Part shown: positions 41,436-52,905 of the stretch, piece after piece
How the letters are laid out: each line of letters begins with the position of its first letter
Position numbering within the stretch: the first letter of the stretch is position 1
Assembly: GCA_965649765.1 (NCBI GenBank)
Contig: OZ287754.1
Coordinates: 11,966,001-12,030,000 of the forward strand
Reading direction: 5' to 3'
DNA length: 64,000 bases
From: Bispira polyomma
Taxonomy: Eukaryota
Made by a program: the position numbers and the translations under genes
The notes under the pieces: model-generated
Seen by the model: only the letters and a program-made list of their open reading frames with translations
Databases searched by the model: none
What the model was told of the DNA's origin: nothing

Positions 41436-44169
41436 GTAATTCTTCAACAACCAGGAGAACGAACTATAGTTAAAGATAATTGCAAAGTAGAAATAAGAGA
41501 TGAGCATGATAGTAACATTAAAATTGTAAAAGGTGAGCTTAAATCTAATGGTGTTGATAATATACTGTGTTATGGTAATGAGAACAATGAACATATTAAT
41601 GGAAATGAGAACATAATGCAAAACAATGTGAACAAAATGTACTCTAGTAATTTCACAAATGTTTCAAATGAGAGCATGATGACGGAGTACAACTGTATAT
41701 CAGAGCATTATGACTTATTTTTGTATGACAGTGTGCAATCCAGATGCAGTGGAAGTAAAATGCAGTACTGCAACAGCGAGTTAGCTGGTTATGTTAATTC
41801 CCAATACTATGATGGTAATTCTAAAGAAAGAGAAAGTAAAAATCAGATAGAAGTAACAGTCACTGTCACCAATTGGCAACATTTTTGTAAAAAATGGTCC
41901 GTTTGGGCTCCAATAATATTCTTAAACTGTAGCTGCAATGAAATTGAAGGGTTTTACTACATATACCATCATAGTGGGGACAATGAAATGAAATACATGC
42001 CTGTGTTTAATATACCTCAAGGAGATCTGCAGGTCATACACAGATATGTCACAGCCATATATTATGATCTCACAGATAGATGCAAAAAATTACTAAGTAA
42101 GGTTAATCAGTGTAATGCTGAGGATATTGAACAGGCAGCCAATGTTTTCGACAATTTCAGTAAAGATGAAAAGTGTTACAAACAGTATGGCTGCGACTAT
42201 TCTGAATATATAATGAATATTATTGATATTATGTGTGATGATAACTGGAAAGTAGATGACAATGCAAGCAGTGCAGACAAATTCAATGTAAATACTGCAG
42301 CTGGACACGAGACTCCAAGGAGTGTGCCCTGCGATGAAATATACACATGTCCGATTCGCAATTTCTTCTTCAAAACTGATGGGGTCAATGCTGGCACCAG
42401 TAAGAACATTAAGAAAAATTGTCATATCGCCCAATCAGGAAAATCAGTGGGATTTATTCCATTATCTTCCACAAAATTTCAGTCTATTGGTCCTGATCAG
42501 GAGCCAGTAAAAGTTAATTCAGTCGGTAAAATGGAAAAAATTGCTGCTATAGTTAGAGGCACGAATCTCCCTAATTATAGGCAGGCTAGAATTCCTTTAA
42601 TTTCGGGATTACACCACACAGCGTGGGAGGAAATGCTTACTGACTATTCGGATCAGCTATTAATACAATATATAAAATTCGGGTTTCCTATATCTCTCAC
42701 AGAACCAGGGAAACTAAATAATTCAAAAACTGCCAACCATTACTCTGCTTTGCAATTTACGAAAGAAGTCGGGCAATATCTTGAGAAAGAAAAGTCAATG
42801 GGGGCGATGTTAGGCCCAGTTAAGCAAGTGAACTCACCACACTATCACTGCTCACCCCTTTTAACCAGACCCAAAGACACAGACAAACGTAGGGTCATTT
42901 TAAATCTTTCTTATCCACTGGGGCAGTCACTAAACGAGAATGTAGACAAAGCACTGTTCGATGGGGTCAAATTCATATTAAAATTTCCTACTATTGACGA
43001 CATCACAGAGGCGATTCGGAATACTCATGATCCAGTGCTGTTCAAGATCGACGTGGCCCGAGCGTTCCATAACTTGAGAGTTGATCCAGCTGACGCACTG
43101 AAACTAGGCATACAATTCGCTGAAGGGCAGTACATTGACTCTGCGGTCGCGTTCGGGTGGATACACGGAAGCGCGGCTTTTCAGCGTTGTTCCGATGCCA
43201 TAGCAGCCTATATGTCGGAACGCGGGTTTAGAGTATTTTGCTACATCAATGACTACATATGTGTATGTACTAGAATTAAGGCTGACAAGGGTTTCCGTAT
43301 TTTGAAAGATTTATTGCTTAGGCTAGGTTTCCCAATTAACGATGATAAGCTTACACCTCCCACAACTCGCCTTACATGCCCAGGCATAGACTTTGATATT
43401 ACTGCCGGCACTATTAGCATACAGGAAGAAAAACTTATAAGCATAATTAAAATGGTAAATGACACCTCTCAAAAATTGCACATTTCACGTACTCAGTTTC
43501 AATCTTTATTAGGAAAATTATTATATGTTCACAAGTGCGTGAAACCTGCCAGAACTTTCATAAATAGATTACTTCAAGGTTTCAGAAGTGATCACAATGC
43601 TAAAAAATTCAAAAATTTTTCTGAAATGCGCCATGACATCGACTGGTTTCAAAAATTCTTACCTCAATATAACGGGATATCATACATTAACCATAGGGAC
43701 ATTTCCCATATGGACGAGTTACATCTGGACGCCTGCCTATCAGGTTTAGGAGGTGTCTGGAACAAAGAAGTGTACACCATATTATAATGTTTATCAAAAA
43801 GAGCTTACCATAGTGCATATAGAGATGCTGAACATTGTCCTGGCTTTAAAAATTTGGGGTGAAAAATGGGCTCACAGTAGACTAATAATTCACTGTGACA
43901 ACATGGCCGTCGTACTGGTTGTTGAAAGTCAGAAGACGAAAGACGAATTTCTAGCATTATGCTTAAGGAACATTTGGCTACTTATAGCCACATATGACAT
44001 TAATATTAGCATTAAGTACATTCCAGGCAAGGAAAACATAATAGCAGATGCCCTTTCTAGAATTTATTGCAAAACTCCTCCCAGCAGGGACATGTTATAT
44101 AATTTATACAACAATTATGTTTGGAATCCAGTACTCATACAACATTTTGACCTAGATTTTTTAATATAA
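41436..44169 (+). pseudogene. pol: Pol of element 1: long N-terminal extension, reverse transcriptase, RNase H
   Basis: RT motifs SPLLTRPK..RRVILNLS, KIDVARAF, AFGW..GSAAFQR, YINDY (YIDD degenerate). RNase H motifs LDAC, EMLN, HCDN, NIIADALSR. Frameshift near 43780. Confidence 0.9.
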
Positions 44170-44175
44170 TTACAG

Positions 44176-45152
44176 GTGCTACTGCCATTACTCAGAAACT
44201 CATCACTTCAGCATGTGGAAGGATTGACACAGCACTTAGACCAAAGACTTCTTCTGCTTACGAAAATCAATTTAAAACTTTCCTGGCTTTTAATGAATTT
44301 GCAGGCATTTCAAATACTTCGGTTCATTCAGTACTGGCTTTTTTGGAATATTTGACACAAAATAACATTTCCCCTGCTGCGGTGTCAAACTACCTTTCTG
44401 CTCTAAAATTCATGGCTAGAAAGTTCAATTGGGATTTAGCTCCATTCAATCACAATTCTGTTGCATTATTCGTCAGAAGTATTACAATTAATTCACTATT
44501 CCGTCCCAGACACAAGGGATTGTTTGATATCGCACAGCTAGCACAGATTTCCATAGCATGTTCTATTCTAGATGACCCAATATTATACAGATCAATATTT
44601 ATGGTGGCCTATTTTGCTTTTTTGAGATTATCCAATATTGCCCCTCACTCAAGGGCCACATTTGATAGATCTAGGCATTTTCTCAGACAGGACTTAATTT
44701 TTGGACATCCTGGGGCTCACATCATCCTAAAATGGGCAAAAAATTTGCAAAATAGGACAGATACACATATAATACAAATTCCAAAACTACAAAATAAGAC
44801 TATTTGTCCAGTATTGGCATTGCAAACCTTACTAGCTTCCAGGCCCCTTCCTCCTGCTGCACCACTTTTTGCAGTAGCTGGTACACCACATCACACCATA
44901 GTACAAACACATGTAAGGACAGCTCTGGAAAAAGTCTTGACACACATTGGAATACAATATTCTTCACATGGATTCCATACTTTCAGACGTTCTGGAGCTT
45001 CATTTGCATTTAATCATAATGTATCCCTACAGAATATAATGGCCCACGGGCTTTGGAGATCATCTTCAGTTTGGGCTTACCTCCCAAAAACCTCCCAGGC
45101 AGCATCAGTCGTGCCTCATACCTTTGCCTCTTCCATTCCTTCTTCTCTCTAG
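44176..45152 (+). CDS. Tyrosine recombinase of element 1 (no ATG before the conserved N-terminal region; probably a spliced exon)
   Basis: Catalytic set intact: FLRLSN (R), KWAKN (K), HTFRR (HxxR), HGLW, VWAY (Y). Frame open from 44151. TTACAG acceptor ends at 44175. Confidence 0.88.
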
Positions 45153-47022
45153 TTGGGCTTGGGGCTTAAAATTTTCTGAATTTTAACCATTTTTACACTT
45201 GTTTCTCTGTACATATACCATTAACATGTATATATAAAATAAAGCTCAAACTGAACCGTTTTATTTACTTACACAAAACATCACACTTGACTTAAAATCC
45301 ATTACTTAACATCTTGAACCCAACTTACACCTTATAACTTAAGTGGACTGATCCCATTGGACCAAAGGTGGGGTTTATTTAAATTAATATATTTTCATTT
45401 GAAGCAAAGTTTAACACAATTTTAGTATTCTGTAGTCAAATAGAAAAATTAAATTAACATTTACAATAAATACCATCACTGGTTCACAATAACTAACTTA
45501 ATGATAACCATCAATTTAAGTTGGTTTGTGTGGAAAGTCTAAAAAATTACTTGTAAAGGCATTAAAAATAATATCAAAATTGCTTCATTTGGTAAATACC
45601 AAGAATTTTGTAACATTGTAAAACGGCATTGTGTTATCTTTATTCTTGAAATTTGTTTGAGAAACTATCTTCACATTTCTATCATTGCAACAAAGATGCT
45701 GAGGAAAACTTCTGCTACACAAAGTACTTAAGTAACTGGCCACAACTTCCTATGCTTTGCCTTTGTTTCTGCATTATACCTTATATTATTGTTTGGCAAA
45801 CATATTGTATATATAAAGTTCTCAGTAGGAGACAGTAGTAATTTATAAAAAAAATACTAAATATACTGATGATATGAAGTTTTCAAGTATGTATTCCGAC
45901 TATTAATAAATAGTAATTTATACAATATTTAGTCCCTGGAAGATAATCAGAATGGGATTCCTCCAGCAATGGCCCAGGTTGACTTCAAAACGATGAACCT
46001 GTACCCAGATGTGACGCCAAATAACAGACTAGCACCTCTCATACCCAAAGTCACAATGGTGAGGCCAGCAGATGACACTTGGGATCACTACAGCCCTGCA
46101 GCACTCCAGGTGGATACTCTACCCGATGATGCCAAAGTGTAGGCACATGAAGGAATGCTATGGGAATATGAACACCTTATTAACATTTTAAGCATAGATT
46201 TGGATAACTGAGCTATTCAAATATTTATTGCTGTGAATGTATTTAAGTGAAGAGAATTAATTATCAAAACAATTTCCATGGTATATAGAACTAAATGATG
46301 ATTCCAATAGTTTATCCTTTAATGGCTCTTAACTGAATAGCTATTTAAACCAAACAGCTGTAATTTTAAAGCAAATAATGGGGGCTGTATCTAAATATCT
46401 TTTGTTAAAAATAATTTGTTCCAATCTGATAATTTATAGAACATGTGAAGAGGCTAAAAATTATGCCGATTTGACGAGGAAACTGTGTAATTTTGAAAGC
46501 TAGTCTTTTCATTACTACTCTGTTCTCCCCTTTTCTTCACTTTGTTTTTTATAATACTTTTTCTTGGTGTTAAGGTTTGTGTATGTTTGCATAATAATGT
46601 TATTTTATAGTAATGAATTTAATATGTTGTATTATATGGATGTTTGTTGTCTGACATATTTGAGGCATGTGAGAAATTTCTACTTTTACCCTAACTGGTA
46701 ATATGGTTGCTTGAGAACTAACCACTGAATGTAGAAAAACAGTTAATGAAAGAGTAAATATTCAATGCTCAATCATATACATAATATGTTTATACAAACT
46801 GACTGGTATCTAGGGTTTACTGAGGGTACTATTATAATATTTTGCAGTATTAACTACTCAATTAAAACACATTAATAACCAAAGTCAGAGGCTTGACGAA
46901 GAGCATTTATAAATAGTCCCCAAAGTCTTTTTGGGCAGATAACGTCCATATCAATAATTACTTTAATAGGTTAAAACTGTCTGACATTTAACTTATTACA
47001 AGAGCTTGCTGATCCACAAAGA

Positions 47023-47278
47023 AGGGGTCGTGGTGGTCTAGTGGTTAGAAAGCATTGCGCTTCACAATCACTGGTCTCTCACCTCTGGGTGGCGTGAGTT
47101 CGAATCCCGTCGATGCCTATGTGGGAAAGGTGGTAGTTCCTTACTGTGGGTCGCTGGTTTCTCTGCAGAACCTTGACTGTATGCAGTGTTTCCTCCAGCG
47201 TTTTCAACTACCCATACCAATATAACCTACTAAAAAAGGTACTACAGTGGACGTTAAATATCCAAATTAAAAAAATCC
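47023..47278 (+). mobile_element. tRNA-derived SINE (family 1)
   Basis: A box TGGTCTAGTGG, B box GTTCGAATC. 12-bp TSD GATCCACAAAGA at 47011-47022 and 47279-47290. Confidence 0.92.
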
Positions 47279-50259
47279 GATCCACAAAGAGCAGCTTTTC
47301 AGATGCTTCACCATAGACTTCCTTTATTTTGAAGCTCCATGGAGGAACTGAATACATGCAAAATAAATTTGATTTCGTGTTGTTGTGTCCCTGTATACAT
47401 TGTTAAAATATGTTAAAATATAATATGGGAATATCAATAAATTTTCTTTTTTTGTTAATCATAAAATCAGATGAATCAATTATTAAAATAGCCTACTGTA
47501 AATATATTTTAATTTTCATTAGATGTTTATTAAGACCAATTCCATGGTATCTTAAAGTAAATGACGATTTTATTTTAGTTAAAGATTTAATATAGAGCAA
47601 CAATGCCTTCCTCATGTGTGATTGGTTTTTAACATTATTGTAGAAGTTAAGTCCCAGGTCTAACATATACATTATTAAATGTCATAAAGATTGGTGTAAT
47701 ATCTATGGGTACCTAAATATATTATTTAAAGAATGAGGTAGCACATTTTTACTCTCTCTTACAATGTTTCATTAAATTCCTCATACACTTATCAGTGTTT
47801 TTATCTATGTGTGACATACTATTTTAACAATTATTTTAATATTTTTGTGACATCATTGGTCACAAGATGTGTTGCCATTGTTGTTGAACTAACGTGTAAA
47901 GTGTATTGTATAGCATGTAAAGATGTTTATAAATTATTATTTGACATTCTTGTGGTCCCTTTAGCTTGGGGGAGGGAGTATTGATTTCAATATTCTGTTT
48001 ACATTTCTGTTTATATCTAAGCACTCCTTACGAGAAAACACTTATTGTATGCTGTGACAGTATCAATTTTCTAAAACACAATAGCAGCCTTTCTGAAAAA
48101 CACTACGCAAAATTGGTGGAACAATGTGAAAAGTACATTTTCCTGAAGCATGCTAAATACCCCAAATGTGGATATGGAATACATAATTTTTACATGTTAT
48201 TTACCCATTTTACTATTTCGTATATGGCATGTATATTTTGAAGAGTGTGCCTATTTAAATGTGGTTGCTGTTTAAATGGTTTGTTTTACAGTGTGTAAAA
48301 TAACCTTGATATTACGATGCAGTTCCTTACCAAAAATAATGAAAATAATATGATGTGCATACATTATGCCCTTAATGTTTTGATCATTCTTAACATACGT
48401 TACCATTCATTGAACTTCATATATACTAAAATATATTGATTATTTTGTTATGCACTTAAATATGTATGATATATAATTCTTTACCAAATATAACTGTCTT
48501 GACTGTGGTAAATGGTAAGCCAAATAATAATGTTAAAAAACAACAACATTTATTTGCCATCATGCTGCAAATATATCTACAAAAATATATCAAATAATAC
48601 TTGGCTAGCATAACAGTTAAAATGTGAAGAGTTTATTCAAGTAATTTTGTTTTACGTAAAATTTTGTTCAAAACTGCTAATGGTTATAATAAGAGCACTG
48701 CAAGCTGTGTACTATTTATTTTCTTTTTTTTTGCCAATTATTATTACGATATGTACCTCTTCACATACAATGTATCCATGTAACACATGAAAAATGTTGG
48801 ATATGTATCACAAATTTCACATTCCACTAAAATAGCATTAAGTATTTGGCTTATCTTAACTAATTTGAACACTTATTATTCTGAAAAATACATTCCCATT
48901 ATATTCATATTTGATGAAACAGATTCCCTCCATTTGATAATTTAATTACATATCGCTGCTCCTCTTAGTAAAATGAAGTTTTAAATCCTTTACCATCCAT
49001 ATCCATATTTAACTATATCATCATTTATTGATACTTATTGCACAAAACGCATATAAAACTTGCAAATGAACCCAGTGACAACCGAGGTAAGAAAAAGATT
49101 GCGGTATATTGTTTATTTATAACATTCAGATTTTCTAAACTACTGCTTATGTACATACCTTGTTACTATCTAATTGTAGTCGAAAGGTCATTGAAGCGCT
49201 ATACGTCTCCCTGTGATAATTAACCCAAAGGACGCATTCCTCAGTAAATTTGTTTTCTATAGCCATCACTGTTACCTGTATTTATGACAACAGTCATTGA
49301 TTAATTAAAACATTCTATATAGAATAAAGTCAGACATTGAAACAAATATATAATATATTGTATAATGTAATATACCATTAATATCAGTATGGATCAGATA
49401 TAATCCTATTGAATCATACATAAAAGTAATTTTCTGGGTACTGATGATTAAATACTACATTCCTTCATTCTGTCACCATCTGGAGTTCAATTTTTTCCCC
49501 AGTATTCAAACATTTTTAGTCTAAGGAAGAAGTTTTAGTTGGAAAACATGCAGATTAGTAAAGGCCATATTGTCGCAGCAAATGATGAAATTTCAGATTC
49601 TTCTCTGATATATGAATTAATTCAAGTCTAAGGTGTGCTTGGATGCTTGTTCAAATATCAAAGAGCCAGCAAATATTCAAATTACTCATTTTTTCTTGAT
49701 ATTCAAACATGGTCTAGTCTATGTTGTGGTTTAATGTGTCATAAAGTTTCGAAAAGCTGGCATATTCCTAACTTGTTTGTCCTCCATCCAGAGTCTATCC
49801 AGAGACTAGGTCCAAATCTATGGTGTGGTGTAACACTTTGTAAAGTTTTAGAACACTAGAATATTTCAAACGTTTAGAAAACCAAGTGTGTTACAGATGG
49901 GTGGACGGACAAAGCAAAAGCATGAGTCACAATACCACCCACTACACCTCCAAATAAATTTGGGCAGGGGCATAATTACCTGAAAAAAATCATTATTTTC
50001 TGTAGTATGTATAAATCACCCAAAGTCCAAGCAGTTTAGGTTAATGTTTATATAGGGAAAAGTCGAATGAAAATGCCACTTCTTGTTAGTGTGGGATCAA
50101 GTACAACCACACCATACTTTCTAATATTGTTTTTTGGGGAAAACCACCAAACAAAAGAAACTGAGCCTTAATGGCTAATACATGAATAGCCAGACTAGTG
50201 ACGGAGACTCCATTTTGTACCAAAAAGAAAACAAGATGGCAACTGTCATTGTAATAATA

Positions 50260-50950
50260 CTAGTTATTTTTCTATAGTGCCAAGATTCAGACAAATGTCT
50301 TTTCTAAGGCACTTTACAAATGGCAACCATTTACTTTAAGACACATACTCTCACAACATATTTGTCAAGAAAGACCATAGTGACACATGGTTTGGCTATA
50401 AGCTTTTCTAAATAAATAAGTCTTCAATTTTGATTTAAAAGTGTCAACAGAAACTAATGTACTGATGTCGTCAGGTAGAGAGTTCCATAGTGTTGGTACA
50501 GAGACTAAAAATGCATGACCACCAAATGGTTTGCATTTTTGACTTTTGTTATTGTTGGAGCTTCTTACTGGAGCAGGTAATCTGACAAGATTCCCTTTTA
50601 GGTCAGTAGTTTTGAAATATATTGTCGAGAAAGTCGTCTGAGGGCATTGCAAATCAGCAGAAAATTTTTGAATTCAATCCTTTGATCTATAGGTAACCAA
50701 TGAAGCTTCTGAAGAATGGAAGTCACATGATCATACTTGTGGTTCAATGTTATTATCTTTGTCGTACTGTTCTAAACACATTGTAATCGACTGATTTGGG
50801 ACCATTGTTGAGGCTGTCAGTTTTGATGTAATAAATGAACAAGGACCTCTGTAGCCTCTGTTGTAACAGAAGAAAACGAAATAGGCCAGGAATAACCTGA
50901 ACGTAGACTGATAGTTCCTCTGTGCTTTGGGGCAAAATGCTCCCTGTAAC
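50260..50950 (-). mobile_element. L2/CR1-clade LINE 3' fragment (paralog of 16560-17200)
   Basis: ORF fragment FGGHAFLVSVPTLWNSLPDDISTLVSVDTFKSKLKTYLFRKAY. Confidence 0.7.
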
Positions 50951-52730
50951 AATTTTATTCTTTAACATGCTGTGATTTGCTTTGGAATTGGTCTATCTGG
51001 ACAACACATCTACCACACAATTGCCAGTTCCCATTACATTAATAGGCTTGACATCTAGATTGTATTTAATACTGCAGATACATACATCAACTTTAAAAAT
51101 GACAGTTACTAATAGCAGTGCGTGTGCTACTAATTACTTCAATTACTATGCATATAGACTCCAGGTATGCTATCAATGTTTATGGAATACTAACACAATA
51201 CAAAGTACATGAGCACTTAAGAATATTCATGGATATATTATTATTTCAACATACCTACAAGAATGCATAATGCACATAGTGAGTGCCAAACATTTACAAG
51301 CAACAATGTCCTAATACGATTAATAAACTTGTACACTCATACATAGCAAGTAATTTTCTTTTAACAAACAACCCCTCGACCCCCCACCTCCTGCCACATG
51401 GTAAGGGTAATTGTTTGATTTCACAACTATCACACCCAAAATAAACTTAACTTTCTCTGTCAACTATTACCTGAGATTACTCTTGTTCATGAAAGACAAC
51501 AAATCAGTTCAGGGGAATGCCATACCCCGACAGCCATTAAATGTAGAGATCAATAGTAGTGGAAGACCAGTTCATGCCCAGGTTCCCACCAAGATTGAAG
51601 ATTAGGTACCCTTAACAATGATAGAAATACATTCCTAATAATCAACCTTATTATAATAGCAACTAAACATTATCTTTTCTCATGTGCTATAAACGCAGAA
51701 ACGTAAACTTCCATACCCTAAAACAAAAAAACTTTAACGTATGTACCAAAATTAATATTGTGTATATAAAAGAAAACGGAAGGAACGAAATTGGTCAAAT
51801 ATGAAGATGCTCTTTATGTAAATATATAGACAAGATGATAATAGCGACCTATATATATAATAGTCGCAAATTAAGTGCAGCTCTGACTTGGGACAGACTA
51901 AGATGGATTTTTTGTACAGTGACCTAAGTGTATGTATTAGTCTTCAGTGGGCAAAAAATGCGATAAAAAGTATCAGAGTTCGCCATCTGAAGACACGGGT
52001 GAAATGTCTCATAAAAAAACGGGCCGATAGTGAACCACCAGTAAAATCAAAGGGGTACCGAAATCAAAGCATTGTGGGGGACAGAAAAATCGGTCTACAA
52101 CAACTCAGGGCTCTCGTTTTTCATTAAAATTAAATATTAAACAAATAAAGGGTACTTGCTTCTATTTGCTTGCTTCTATTACAATGATGCAGTAACCTGC
52201 ATCAGAACAATAATTATGACATTGCAGTATTGTTATGCCATGATGGTGCTTTCTATAATAATTTTGAAGTGACCATAATGGGAAGCCGATGAGAAGACAA
52301 CCTTACATGTGGCTGAGCCACAGGCAAGTATAAAGCAGTGTCCGCGTTCGCGTCACTGAATTGCTATTAGTGTGTCATATATAATCCACTGTTCATAGCA
52401 GTGGTGAGGGTGAACCAGACTAGCAAAAATTCAATTCTCAATCTTATAGGCGAGTTTAACAACATAATATATTTGAACTAGTTTTGCTCCGGGCTCATTT
52501 CGTTGTAGTCGGCCCCATGCGCCTTGGACACCTACCGCCTGGCAGGGGGAGATCCAGCCTCTCAGAGGCCATATTCCACCCTAGCTCCCTAAACATGATG
52601 CTCAGGGGTGGGTTAAAGCAGACTGTATCAACCCCCCACTCGGCCCAGTGGGCGGACTACAAATAGTTTGAACCATGAGTAAGTTGAAAAGTCCCTTAAT
52701 TGGGTGTGGTAAGGGGAGGTGGTGGGCAAG

Positions 52731-52905
52731 TTTTCCTGTGTGTGTGCTTCAATGTCGAAAAGCTTAATGGCGAATTTAAGGGGGGAAAATGCATTGTCGA
52801 GTTAAACAAAGAACTGGCTGAATGTATGGCTGGATAGACAGTGAAATAAGTCAGCTCAGTCGCCAGGGGTTAAGGTGGTTTATAAGATTTAAAGCACTGG
52901 GGCAA
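52731..52905 (-). repeat. Repeat A2 of element 2 (copy of 57898-58074)
   Basis: ~175-bp direct repeat with about a dozen differences. The layout A1-ORFs-(B1 lost)-A2-B resembles PAT/Ngaro split direct repeats. Confidence 0.85.

Larger units (their letters stand above)
39733..45351 (+). mobile_element. Tyrosine-recombinase retrotransposon (DIRS order, PAT/Ngaro-like), element 1
   Basis: gag, RT/RNaseH and YR in order. Boundaries are fixed by the empty site in copy 1 (AAAAGTCT|TCCCATT at ~11914). No target-site duplication. CCAAT near 39852; AATAAA at 45238. Confidence 0.93.
28350..46142 (+). pseudogene. VWDE-like: VWDE-like membrane protein, copy 2 (tandem paralog, disabled)
   Basis: Same exon series as copy 1. 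Lesions: first visible donor G|GTAAGC changed to A|ATAAGC at 28650/28651; 1-nt deletion at ~30703 (GGC TGT GAA to GGA GTG AAT); in-frame TAA at 32942-32944; 5.6-kb YR retrotransposon inside the penultimate coding exon (39733-45351). The last exon (45933-46142) ends DDAKV*. Confidence 0.88.

Noticed and set aside
44343-45152. Phage or bacterial integrase (prophage or horizontal transfer)
   Set aside because: It is linked to gag and RT/RNaseH inside an intron-rich eukaryotic gene, so it is a YR retrotransposon.
47023-47115. tRNA gene
   Set aside because: The A/B boxes are the head of a repeated SINE with a tail and TSDs; there is no complete cloverleaf.
52500-52665. Hammerhead ribozyme
   Set aside because: No CUGANGA...GAAA core in a suitable arrangement on either strand.
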